Below, one piece after another: positions 12,549 through 24,390 of a stretch of 64,000 nucleotides of DNA. Position numbers and translations under genes: made by a program. Each line of letters starts with the position of its first letter. Position 1 is the stretch's first letter. Location of the stretch: NCBI RefSeq assembly GCF_963921235.1, contig NC_086101.1:59024001-59088000 (forward strand), read 5' to 3'. This DNA is from Mobula hypostoma. Its lineage: Eukaryota. The notes beneath the pieces are model-generated. The model made no database searches. It was given only the letters and a program-made list of their open reading frames with translations, and was not told the DNA's origin.

Positions 12549-15140
12549 ATTGAATAATTACTTTGGTTCTGTCTTCGCTAAGGAGGACATAAATAATCTT
12601 CCGGAAATAGTAGGGGACAGAGGGTCCAGTGAGATGGAGGAACTGAGGGAAATACATGTTAGTAGGGAAGTGGTGTTAGGTAAATTGAAGGGATTAAAGG
12701 CGGATAAATCCCCAGGGCCAGATGGTCTGCATCCTAGAGTGCTTAAGGAAGTAGCCCAAGAAATAGTGGATGCATTAGTGATAATTTTTCAAAACTCGTT
12801 AGATTCTGGACTAGTTCCTGAGGATTGGAGGGTGGCTAATGTAACCCCACTTTTTAAAAAAGGAGGGAGAGAGAAACCGGGGAATTATAGACCGGTTAGC
12901 CTAACATCGGTGGTGGGGAAACTGCTAGAGTCAGTTATCAAAGATGTGATAACAGCACATTTGGAAAGCAGTGATATCATCGGACAAAGTCAGCATGGAT
13001 TTGTGAAAGGAAAATCATGACTGACGAATCTCATAGAATTTTTTGAGGATGTAACTAGTAGAGTGGATAGGGGAGAACCAGTGGATGTGGTATATTTGGA
13101 TTTTCAAAAGGCTTTTGACAAGGTCCCACACAAGAGATTAGTGTGCAAACTTAAAGCACATGGTATTGGGGGTAAGGTATTGATGTGGTGTGACGAGAAT
13201 ACACATAGATAAGATGTTAGCTGTCCTATGTGATCAGCAGTTGGTCTGCCACCTGTCTTCAAGAGAGAGATAAGGAACACAATGAAACAGCACCTGGAGA
13301 TGTGTAATGAAGGGACGGGAGAGAGAGAGCTGTCTGGAGCGGCTCCCCCTTTGAACCCTGAACTGTTTGAAGTGATGGACAGGCGATACCCCAGCAGGGG
13401 GATAAAAAGGGACAGGTTCGCTAAGGCAGGACACACACGACACCCGAGGTAACGAGACCCTGGAAGCGGTGCACCTCTCACGAGTCGGTGGGAAGTATCG
13501 GACAACGCACAGGGTGGAAAGGTACGATCAGTGGGAACCCGGTGTGTGTCCGCCCTTGCTTGGGTGCCGGGTTCACTGCAGAAGATCGACCGCATCTGGA
13601 GGAGGGGTCACAGTCGGTGACCTCAGGTGACATCACCAAGGACCTGCCCAAAAGCTGCTTGTGAGCAATTATCGCCGGTCTGTGAGTGGAAGTCGTTTCT
13701 GAATGATCAGTCGTTCCCGTTCTCTCTCTCCCTCCCCCCACGTTGTCCATTGCCATGGCAATGATTACTGCGAACTGAACTAAATTGGACTGAACTTTTG
13801 TGTCACTTTGAAATTTGGTCATTTACCCCTAGGCAACGATAGAGCTTGATTGATGCTGTTATCTTAATTCTGTGCACATGTGTGTTTATCATTGCTGAAC
13901 TGTTGCATTTATTATCCTTTCGATTACTGTGTTGCTTGTTTCTTTAATAAAACTTTCTTAGTTCTAGTAATCCAGACTCCAACTGAGTGATCCATTTCTG
14001 CTGGTTTGGCAACCTAGTTACGGGGTACGTAACATAAGATAGAGAGTTGGTTGGCAGACAGGAAGCAAAGAGTGGGAATAAACGGGACCTTTTCAGAATG
14101 GCAGGCAGTGACTAGTGGGGTACTGAGGCTCAGTGCTGGGACCCCAGTTGTTTACAATATATATTAATGACTTGGATGAGGGAATTAAATGCAGCATCTC
14201 CAAGTTTGCGGATGACACGAAGCTGGGCGGCAGTGTTAGCTGTGAGGAGGATGCTAAGAGGATGCAGGGTCACTTGGATAGGTTAGGTGAGTGGGCAAGT
14301 TCATGGCAGATGCAATTTAATGTGGATAAATGTGAAGTTATCCATTTTGGTGGCAAAAATCGGAAAACAGATTATTATCTGAATGGTGGCCGATTAGGAA
14401 AAGGGGAGGTGCAACGAGACCTGGGTGTCATTATACACCAGTCATTGAAAGTGGGCATGCAGGTACAGCAGGCGGTGAAAAAGGCGAATGGTATGCTGGC
14501 ATTTATAGCAAGAGGATTCGAGTACAGGAGCAGGGAGGTACTACTGCGGTTGTACAAGGCCTTGGTGAGACCACACCTGGAGTATTGTGTGCAGTTTTGG
14601 TCCCCTAATCTGAGGAAAGACATCCTCGCCATAGAGGGAGTACAAAGAAGGTTCACCAGATTGATTCCTGGGATGGCAGGACTTTCATATGCTGAAAGAC
14701 TGGATGAACTAGGCTTATACTCGTTGGAATTTAGAAGATTGAGGGGGGATCTGATTGAAACATATAAAATCCTAAAGGGATTGTGCAGGCTAGATGCAGG
14801 AAGATTGTTCCCGATGTTGGGGAAGTCCAGAACGAGGGGTCACAGTTTGAGGATAAAGGGGAAGCCTTTTAGGACTGAGATTAGGAAAAACTTCTTCACA
14901 CAGAGAGTGGTGAATCTGTGGAATTCTCTGCCACAGGAAACAGTTGAGGCCAGTTCATTGGCTATATTTAAGAGGGAGTTAGATATGGCCCTTGTGGCTA
15001 AAGGGATCAGGGGGTATGGAGAGAAGGCAGGTACAGGGTTCTGAGTTGGATGATCAGCCATGATCATACTGAATGGCGGTGCAGGCTCGAAGGGCCGAAT
15101 GGCCTACTCCTGCACCTATTTTCTATGTTTCTATGTTTCT
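12549..15140 (+). mobile_element. Young 5'-truncated CR1 inserted in the Rex1 element and itself interrupted by a solo LTR
   Basis: ORFs 12475-13020 and 14133-15044 (FADD); (TTCTATGT)n tail ending about 15140. Confidence 0.95.
13189..14034 (+). mobile_element. Solo LTR, 846 bp
   Basis: TGTGACG...CGTAACA inverted termini; TATA-like GATAAAA at 13401; AATAAA at 13946; interrupts CR1 at GATGTGG/ATAGAG. Confidence 0.85.
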
Positions 15141-17374
15141 AAGTGGTGCAAGCTGAATCATCTGCAGCTCAACATCATTAAGACCATTGAGATGGTGATG
15201 GACTTTAGGAAGACTAAGCCTGCACTGCTCCATGTTACTATCGATGGCGAGGATGTGGATGTGTAAGGACCTACAAGTACATGCGGGTGCATCTGGATGA
15301 CAGACATTTGTGAAGCACCAACACAGAAGAAGAGCCAGAGTTGCCTTTACTTCCAGAGGAGACTGAGGTCCTTTAGAGTATGCAGGCCTCTCCTTCACAT
15401 GTTTTACCAGTATGTTGTCACCAGTACAATCTTCTATGGGGTGGTTTGCTGAGGCAATGTCATCAATACAGGTGATGTCAACAGGCTCAGTGAACTAATT
15501 GGAAAAGCTGGCTCTGAAATAGGAGTCAAACTGGACACACTGGAGGCTCTGGTAAAACAAAGGATCCTACAGAAAATCCTGGCACTTCTGGACAGTGTTT
15601 CTCATCCTTTCCATACCATCTTGGCTGAACAGAGGATCAATTTTAGTAATAGACTAAGACAACTGCACTACATCAAAGAGTGCTATATGAGGTCATTCTT
15701 ACCCTCAGACATTAGACTCTATAATGAGCCAAACTATAGCCAGAGAAGTGATGGCCCCCTCGTGTTACACTGTTAGAGGTAACTTATTTTTTATATTCTT
15801 TCTTACTTCTCTTGTAATATTTGTATATCTGTGCATTTGTAATGCTACTGTAACACTGTAATTTCCTTTGGGATCAATAAAATATCTATCTATCTATTTA
15901 TCAATTTACTTTGGCCAACTCCTCTCTCTCACCAGTACAATTTCCTTTACTCTACTGGAATACTGCTACGTCAGACTTTACTTTCTCCCCAACAAATTTG
16001 AAGTTGAACTCTATCATATTGTGATTACTGCCTGTGATGGGTTCTTTTATCTTAAGCTCCTTAATCATCTCTGGTTCATTACATAACACACAATCCAATA
16101 TAGTTGATCCCCTAGTAGGCTCAATGATAAACAGCTCTAAAAAGTCATCTTTAAAAAGGCATTCATCAAATTCACTCTCCTGAGATCCATTACCAAATTG
16201 ATTTTCCCAATCAACATGCATGTTAAAATCTCCCATGAATACCATACCATTGCTCTTTTGACATGGCTTTTCTATTTCCCATTGTAATCTGTGGTCCACA
16301 TCCCAGTTGTTGTGCGGAGGCCATGATATTACTGCCATTAAGGCCATTTTACCTTTGCACTTTCTTAACTCAACCCACAAGGATTCAACACCTTCTGATC
16401 CTATGTCACATCTTTCTACTAATTTGATGTCACCTTTTACTAGTATAGTCACGCCACTCCCTCTGCCTACCTTCCTATCCCTTCGATACATTGGACATTC
16501 AGCTCCCAACTACAACCATCTTTGTGTATGTGCTACCATTTTTGATTCTGCTTTCCTAATACACTGATACTTACCTTGCTGGCTGCAATTTTGTCCTTTC
16601 ATCTGTCTGTCCATATTGATAGTCTGACTGCATGCTATCTTTGCTTTTTTACCATTCATCCTATCCCGAGTCCTTTTACTCTGGTTCCCACCACACTGCC
16701 AAAATAGTTTAAACCCTTTCCAACAGCTCTCACAAACCTGCCTATGAAAGTATTAGTTCCCCTCCAATTCATGCGCAACCTGTCACTTTAATACAGGTCA
16801 TATCCCCCAGAAGAGTTCCCAATGATCCAAGAACCGGAAGCCCTGCTTCCTGCAACAGATTCTCAGCTACACATTATCTGCGAATCATCCTGTTTCTACC
16901 CTCAATGGCACATGGCACAAGCAGCAATCCAGAAATTACTACCCTGGATGTCCTGCTTCTCATCTTTCTGCCTAACTTTCCAAATTCTCTCTTCAGGACC
17001 TATCTGTTTTCCCTTCCTATGTGATTGGCACCTATGTGTACCAAGACATCTGGCTGCTCTCCCTCCCCCTCCAAAATGTTGTGGTTGCAATCCCAGACAT
17101 TGATCCCTTCAGATCTTGTGTAGAGTTAGATCAAAAATTGGTAAATATTGAGAAATTCCAAAAGCTTTTAACGAACATTAAAAACTTATTTCATAACTCT
17201 ACCTGATCATTTATCTGTTTTGTGATTTCTCTCTGATGTCGATAGAGGCATGTAATGGAATGGTTTGGTGTTTGAATTTTTTGTTGACTTTTCTATCATT
17301 TCCTTTTGTTGGGGAATTGGACTTCAGTTGAGTTTTACAGAATTCTACATAATTCAAAGGTCAATCAGAAGTCA

Positions 17375-17700
17375 GGTTCAAGTTCATTGACTGTATCTGA
17401 CTGTACATATATACAATTAGACAAATCAATGTTCCTCCAGACCACAGTGCATCCACAAGCATATATCACGCACAGCACGTAAAATAAAATATTTACCATA
17501 AATATATTTTGAAATGCATGTAGTTCACAGCACAGGTAAACAATAAACAGTGCAGTAAACAGCTTGCAGTCCTAGTGATGAGACCTTAGAGATGTCAGGG
17601 AATTCATTAGTCTTACAGGCTGAGAGAAGGAGCTGTTATAGTCTGGCAGTGCTAGTCCTGCTGCTTCAGTACCTCCTTCCTGATAGTAGTGAGTCAAAGA
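17375..17700 (-). mobile_element. Rex1/Babar-like 3' fragment
   Basis: Minus frame NSSFSQPVRLMN (RNSFFP.A.RL.N motif) followed by 3' UTR and tail. Confidence 0.55.
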
Positions 17701-17789
17701 GAATTTGAAGGTATTGACAATCATCTTGAATGTTGTAATTAAAATGAAGATTTGGAGAATGCAGTCGTCAAAAGCAGTGTTTGAAGGCA

Positions 17790-18089
17790 GACCCCCTGAG
17801 CTGAATTTGTTCATTTACAGTCAATCAAAAGAACATACCTGCATACACTGAATGAATTCCTTCTTCAAAACTATTAGGAAACAATACAAATTTAATAGTA
17901 CATTTTGGAAGTGTTCTAATTTATTCTGTCTTTCAGTTAAATACATAATTTGTTAATCAATTAAATGGTAACTTGTCTTTTTTATACTTTTTAAATATTT
18001 CCATGAAACTTCAGCTAACTGGGACAGCCACTTATTTGGGTCAAAATGTGCTGATCCTGTTGTGCCCCAATTAACTGGAATCTGCTGTA
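17790..18089 (-). mobile_element. Possible Tigger/pogo-like DNA transposon end
   Basis: Minus strand begins TA-CAGCAGATTCCAGTTAATTGGGGCAC, a Tigger-like TIR; partner TIR not seen. Confidence 0.35.
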
Positions 18090-18772
18090 CTTTATTTTTA
18101 AGAGGGCGTGCTTCCTTCAGCTCCCAGCAGGTGGAGCACAGAGGAAAAGAAATGAAACTGAAGAATTTAGTTTAAAAATCGATGATAATAAAGTTCAACA
18201 CCAGATTTTTGAAGTATTGGGACAGATCATGCTGCCACAGGCCCACTGTCTGCAGTTGCTTAAAACTGTCATCCCACTTCTAAACGTACCCAGCCCAGAT
18301 ATGAGTAAAACATCTTGATTCCTGATGATAGGTCTCAGTCCAACTGCCAGGCTTGCTGAGTTTCTCCAACATTTTGAGTGGTGTTGCTTTAGGTTCCAGA
18401 GGCATGCTGTGAGTGGCAGCAGGTGCTCTACTATCTCACTGAAGAAGACTTGTCTCTGAATCTCTGATGAGAGTTTGGCCAGCCAGCACAGTTGTACCAC
18501 TAACTTTGCTGGCTATAAAATCTGCAAAGTGTTTTAAACATCATTGAATATCTGTGACATTCAGAAACATTTACAAACTATTAAAATGAAATTATTTCAT
18601 ATTTTAAGATCTTTTGTTGCAAATAAAACAAGAAATTTAAGTTAAAATGATATGTCATTAACATAATTAAATTCAACTTAAATCAAGTCAAGTTTTATTA
18701 TCATTCATACCATACATGGATGCAGTCAAAGGAGACAGTGTTCCTCTGAGGCCAAGGTACATAACATAAACC

Positions 18773-18797
18773 CTATATATATATATATATAATGTAT

Positions 18798-18830
<33 letters not shown>
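18773..18830. repeat. (TA)n and (GA)n microsatellites
   Basis: Direct inspection. Confidence 0.95.
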
Positions 18831-18832
<2 letters not shown>

Positions 18833-19021
18833 CCTTGTCATTGCTACATCTAAGACAATGCCATTCATTTCTTGTCGCCTATCTCAGCACAAAAACAAGC
18901 GAAACAGGCCTGCTACATCTCACATTATCAATGTCCAAAAGGGTCAGAGAAACATCCAAGACAGTCACTCATGGTTACATTTTATGCTGCTTTCGATCAC
19001 AAATTCTGCTGTCTCCTCCGA

Positions 19022-19292
19022 ACCTTCTCCAGCCCATCCACCAGCTTCTCCTTCTCCAACTCGTCCACTGGATTCTCCTTCTCCCAGCCTTCTGCTGGCT
19101 TCTCCTTCACCTGACCGACTCCCGGCATCTCCTTCTCCGGCTTGGCCACTGGCTTCTCCTTCTCTAGCCAGTCCACCAGCTTCTCTTTCTCCCAGCCGAC
19201 TCCTGGCTTCTTCTTCTCCTAGCCGAGCGCTGGCTTCTCCTTCACCCGGCTGCCCACCAGCTTCTCCTTCTCTGACTCAACCGCCAGCTCTT
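19022..19292. repeat. About 24-bp minisatellite (GGCTTCTCCTTCTCCCAGCC...), about 11 degenerate copies
   Basis: Produces the 8-aa ASPSP repeat in ORF 18792-19325. Confidence 0.85.
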
Positions 19293-20147
19293 TCGGCACC
19301 CCGGCCGGTGGCTCTGAAACATTGATACAGTAGATCTACAGTATAGTCCTATGATCATAAAAAAACACAGTTAAAAAAGTAAAGTGCACCTTTGGTCGGC
19401 CCCCAAGAAGCCATTGTGTTCAAAAGCACCACCATCTTACTGGAAGTAAAAAAAAATTAAAATATTACTTTTGCTTTTGTTTTCTCTTGGGTCTTGGTCC
19501 AAAATGTCGACTATCTGTTCATTTGCATAGATAGTGCCTGACTTGCTGATGTTCCTTCAGCATTTTGTTTGCTTTGCTTTGTTTTACCAACATCTGCAGA
19601 CTTTATTGAGTCCATGTGGAAATCAGCTGCCAAAGAAATTGACAGATTCACAATGTTATTACACTCAGAATGTCTGCCCTTGACAGAATCTCTGTAACAG
19701 TCCTGGTCTGGCTTTCATTCATGTTGGTAATTACTTCTACTTCAGATTTACAGCTAGCTACTGGCAAGATATACCCATTGTTGCCAAAAGCTTAGACTGT
19801 TTGTTCTGCTTCTTCTAAGGAACACAAGGAATGCAAGAAGAATGAGGCATTCTCATTGCTGAGAGAGGTTCATCTGGCATTAGCATCTTCATGTCCCTTA
19901 CCAAGATATTTACCACTCATAGAATTGCAAGGCTAATGAGAGATTGGACATCCTTGTGTTTCCACTTTCTTCCTGAACAGATCTTGGACAGATAATGAGC
20001 TTGAATGTAATATTCCCATTACTACCACGGCCCAGACTAAGAGATGATCCTTTCACACAATAGACCAAAGAAAAGCAAGCCTTTGGAGGAACTCAGCAGA
20101 TCAAACAGCATCTGTAAAGCAAAAGGGTAGATGGAGTTTTGTGTTGA

Positions 20148-20560
20148 CAGGCTTATCGTATGAGGAGCATTTGATGCCTGTACTCACTGGAATTCAGAAG
20201 AATGAGAGAGGATCTTATTGAAACCTATCAAATGCTGAAAGGCCTCAAGAGAGTGGATGTGGAGACGATGTTTCCTATGGTAGGGGAGTTTAAGACCAGA
20301 GGACACAATCTCTGAAATAAGGGATGTCTATTTAGAAAGCAGATGAGGAGGAATTTCATTAGCCAGAGAGTGGTGATTCTTTGATTTTTTAATACATTTA
20401 AGGCAGCGGTTGATGGATTTGTGATTAGTCAGTGCATGAAGGGATATGAGGAGAAGGCAAGGGATTGCGGCTGAAAGGGAAATGAATAAGCCATGATGAA
20501 ATAGTGGAGCAGACTTGATGTACAAAATGGCCTAATTTGGCTCCTATAATCTTATGGTTT
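20148..20560 (+). mobile_element. Old CR1 3' fragment
   Basis: LEFRRMREDLIETY motif, 3' hairpin and tail. Confidence 0.75.
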
Positions 20561-20703
20561 TATGGACAATTTGCATGAATTCTGCTCAGTTTTCCAGCAG
20601 TTCATGTTGTAGCATCCACCAGCCATTGAGTGTTGTTCCTGAGAATTAATCTGCAGGAATTTTGGGCCTTTCAGTAAACAAGTAGTAAAAGGTTTTCTGG
20701 TAA

Positions 20704-21006
20704 ACATAGAAACATAGAAACATAGAAAATAGGTGCAGGAGTAGGCCATTCGGCCCTTCGAGCCTGCACCGCCATTTATTATGATCATGGCTGATCATCC
20801 AACTCAGAACCCCGCCCCAGCCTTCCCTCCATACCCCCTGACCCCCGTAGCCACAAGGGCCATATCTAACTCCCTCTTAAATATAGCCAATGAACTGGCC
20901 TCAACAGTTTCCTGTGGCAGAGAATTCCACAGATTCACCACTCTCTGTGTGAAGAAGTTTTTCCTAATCTCAGTCCTAAAAGGCTTCCCCTCTATCCTCA
21001 AACTGT
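20704..21006 (-). mobile_element. Young 300-bp CR1 3' end, same family as 12549-15140
   Basis: Roughly 96% identical by eye to 14843-15140, in inverted orientation. Confidence 0.95.
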
Positions 21007-21809
21007 AAGAATCAAATATTACAGAGTTCACTCAGGGTTATCTTCCTGAGGCACTAAATTGAAACCTGGTCAATCATCCCTCATTTATATTTACTCCTAT
21101 TTAGTATTACATCCTGTTCAAATCTGCAATAATTGACCTGAAACCATATCCATTGGGTTGCTCTAATTGCCTTGACTGAATGGTTGTGTTCATTTTCCCA
21201 GCATTCCTCCCACTTTCTCTTTTGTCAGGATATGATATCATCCTCATCATTTGCAAACAAACAAAATGTTTTTTCTAATTTTATTGAAGAAGGAAAACTA
21301 TTGATTCAAAAATAAAGTGATGCATACATTACTGAAGTCTCCTTTCTTTAAACTTCAACTGCTTCCTTACCTTCCTGCATACTTGTATAGGAATCGTATA
21401 CCCCAGCAGTGTATTATCATAGCTTACAATATAATCATATCCCAGTAGGTGGACAGTACATACTGGCACCATGTGTACTCTTCAAACCATTTTCACTCAT
21501 GCCTTTACTGTAACGATTTGCCATTACTTAGTTAAATATAGATATGTTATTCTAGAAGTTTGTGTTATTGTGCAATTCAGTGCCAAGTATACTTAAATAT
21601 TAACCCCTTAAGGTATAATGGAATTCTGTAGAATAATTGTGAAATCAAGGTATATTTGGTCAATAAACATAATTATGCACTTAGTAATCTTGCACATTAT
21701 ACAATTGTAATAAAATTATATCATTTAAGTACTATGTGATGTCTTTTCACTATCTTTTACCATGTTTTGCATACAACTTTGTGCACCACAGGAATGTGTG
21801 CTTAGGTTC

Positions 21810-22765
21810 CGGCTTATTCACTTTACACCTATGACTCTGTAACTAAGTTCAGCTTCAACACCATATACAAGTTTGCTGATGACACTGTTGTGGCTGTATC
21901 AAAGGTGGTGATGAATCAGCATAAAGGAAGGGGAAAGAAAATTTGGCTGAGTGATGTAATAACAACAACCTCTCACTCAATGTCAATAAGACCAAGGAAC
22001 CGATTGTAGACTTCAGGAGAGGGAAGTCAGAAGTCCATGAGCCAATACTCATCAGAGGTGGAGAGGGTCAGTAACTTTAAATTCCTGAGTGTCACTATCT
22101 CAGAGTACCTGTCCTGGACCCATTATATAAATGTAATTTCAAAGAAAGCACAACAGTGCCTCTACTTCCTAAGGAGTCTGTAGAGATTTGGCATGTCATC
22201 AGAAACCTTGGCAAACTTCTATAGATGTGTACTTAAAAGTCTGCTGATTGGCCATATTACAGCTTGGTATGGGAAGACCACTATCTTTCAGCAGAAAATC
22301 CTACAAAATGTGTTGTATTTGGCGGAGTTTATCATGAGTATTGCCCTCCCAACCATTGAGCACATCTACATGAAATTTTGCCATAGAAAAGCAGCATCCA
22401 TAGTCAAAAATTCTCATCACCCAAGCCATGCTCCTTTCTCACTGCTGCCATCAGGTAGAACCACCAATGTCAAGATCAGTTATTTCCCCTCAGCCATCAG
22501 ACTCTTGAACAAAAAGGAATAACTACACTCATTCCATTTCTCGTGTTCCTACAATTGTTGGTCTCCACTTTAACGGCTCTTTATCTTGTTACTTCATGTT
22601 TGTTACTTATTGCTGTTTATTTGTATTTGCATTTGCATTTGCACAGCTTGTTGTTCATTGATCCTGTTTGCAATTGCTGTTTTGTGAAAGCCCACAGGAA
22701 AAAGAATCTTCGGGTTGTATGTAGTATATACTCTGATAATAAATTATACTTTGAGCTTTTGAATT
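21810..22765 (+). mobile_element. Rex1/Babar-like 3' fragment
   Basis: KFADDT, LNVNKTKE..VDFR, ORF 22193-22522 (ITAWYG, HPSHAPFSLLPSG, SYFPSAIRLLN); tail AATAAATTATACTTTGA. Confidence 0.8.
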
Positions 22766-22924
22766 TTGTACTTCAGAGAGGCTGCAGTAGATATAATTTT
22801 CTTGAACTGCATAATCAATTGGAATATTTCTTCTGATGCTGAAACGGTGAAGGTGTCATCTTTCAAAGGAAATGTTCATGGACTAGAATACTGGTCAGAA
22901 TTGAGGGGATATCTTCAAAAGTGA

Positions 22925-23480
22925 AGCCTTAAAAAGGTGGCATCCATCAAGAAGGAACCCCATCACCCAGGACATGCCCTCTTTTCATTTCCACCATCAA
23001 GGAAGAGGTACAATATCGTGAAGACGCACACTCAGTGTTTTAGGAATAGCTTCTTCCCCTCCACCATCAGATTTCTGAATGGACAATGAACCCATATATA
23101 CTACATCACTATAGTTCAAAGTAGATTTTATTATCAAAATACAATACATAAAAATCACCATATACAACCTTGAGATTCATTTTCTTGAGGGCAGACTCAG
23201 CAAATTGATAGAATAGTAACGTTAACAGGATCAGTGAAAGAACAATCAGAGTGCAGAGAAAAAACAAACTCTGGAAATAATCAGCAATAAACAATGAGAA
23301 CATGAGACAATGAGATAAAGAGTCCTTAAAGTGAGATAATTGGTTGTAGGAACATTTCAACGATGATGTGTAATTATTCCCTTTTATTCTAGAGTCTGAT
23401 GGGTAGTATCTGTTCCTGAACCTGCTGGTGCAAGTCCTGTGGTATACCAGTGATATTAAACCCGATTCTGATTCTGTTTC
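22925..23480. mobile_element. Rex1/Babar-like 3' fragments (plus 22925-23110, minus 23110-23450)
   Basis: HHPGHALFS..PSRKRY...RNSFFPSTIRFLN on plus; a second Rex-type tail on minus. Confidence 0.6.
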
Positions 23481-23689
23481 TGATATCCTCAGAGTATGCT
23501 GTCATGCAAATATCCTCTGCTGACAAAGTTGCGTTGGTTGTTAAACTCATCCCTTTTACTGAACACTGAATAAATACAAGATGAAAATCAGCATGATGTA
23601 TCCAGGGATTACCAGCATCTGTAAATAGATTGAGAGGTGGCTGGAAAGGTAATAACTTACATTAGAGGTGTAAAGCGAAAGTTGATCAG

Positions 23690-23910
23690 TTTAACCCTAG
23701 CCTAATCACAGTCAATTTACAATGACCAATCAACCTACTAAACTGTACATCTTTAGACTGGAGGAAGAAGCTAGAGCACCTGGAGGAAACCAATGCACAC
23801 ATGGCAAGGAACGTACAAACGTGCTTACAGGGGAAGCTGAAATTTCTCTCCAAATTCCAATGCCCCGAGCTGCAATCATATTGCGCTAACTGCTACACCA
23901 CCGTGGCACC
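23690..23910 (-). mobile_element. V-SINE-like tRNA-derived SINE
   Basis: Minus strand TGCATTGGTTTCCTCCAGGTGCTCTAGCTTCTTCCTCCAGTCTAAAGATGT V-domain; head GTGGTGTAGCAGTTAGCGC. Confidence 0.7.
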
Positions 23911-24189
23911 TCACAATACTTTACTTCTCTTCTTTCATATTTCAACTCCAGCAGCACCTGATGAAAATTATGCTGATAGATTTAAATTTATGTAAATTTG
24001 AATACATATAATATGCAATTTTTAAAAATCTGTGGTGTAATTTTATTGTCAAATAGCTCTCGTAAACTATGATATGACTGCCTCTTTGATAGAAAATTCA
24101 ATCATTAGCATTTGGTTTAATGACTAGGGTATGTTTTACCTAATATACTTTCTGATTTAGGACCTATAAAACAAAGTTTCACAATTGGC

Positions 24190-24390
24190 CAGGGAGCAAA
24201 GAGAAGAGACAGCGTGACCATCAAAGAGGCTTCTGAGTGAGCCTTCAGATGACTATGGATCAAGAGGTGAGACTCATGGACCAATGATCCTGAGACACAA
24301 GCTGGGGTCAACCCTGGCTAGGTCACCTGGGCAAGAATGTCTGATGTTCAAAGATCCGAAACACCCAATGACCATAGGTTACATATCTCA
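24190..24390 (+). mobile_element. HERO-like (RLE non-LTR) 3' fragment
   Basis: TIKEASE*AFR*LWIKR*DSW resembles the EAAERASRWLWIKR C-terminus; followed by CCGAAACACCCAATGACC. Confidence 0.45.

Larger units (their letters stand above)
11830..15905 (+). mobile_element. Rex1/Babar-like LINE (pieces about 11830-12548 and 15141-15905)
   Basis: KAPAPDGV, DFLSAFNTI-like, GTPQGTVLAPFLF; frame LVEDFVK|WCKLNHLQLN is split by a CR1; AATAAA and (ATCT)n tail at about 15876-15905. Confidence 0.85.
9703..17100 (-). mobile_element. Old long CR1 (pieces about 9703-11829 and 15906-17100) with RT, APE endonuclease and ORF1 end
   Basis: Minus ORFs 10092-10463, 10379-10669, 10952-11140 and 11085-11318 (RT); 15952-16509 (RRDR..GRG, GDFN, SNHNMI endonuclease); (TCTTATGG)n tail at 9703. 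Confidence 0.85.
18683..19447 (-). mobile_element. Non-coding non-autonomous retroposon, family A copy 1
   Basis: Head ACTTCCAGTAAGATGG; tail AATAAAACTTGACTTGA; head, middle and tail align by eye with 33325-34311. Confidence 0.65.

Noticed and set aside
12475-13020. 181-aa ORF as a novel RT fusion protein
   Set aside because: Junction chimera of Rex1 RT and CR1 ORF2, ending at a premature stop.
18792-19325. Ser/Pro-rich ORF (ASPSP repeats) resembling Pol II CTD or mucin
   Set aside because: Translation of a (GA)n tract and a 24-bp minisatellite inside a repeat; no splice or homology support.
21371-21510. Possible exon on either strand (also considered 8790-8852, 19902-19972, 25387-25596, 52470-52742)
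   Set aside because: Only one good splice site each, or unrecognisable translations; consistent with chance.
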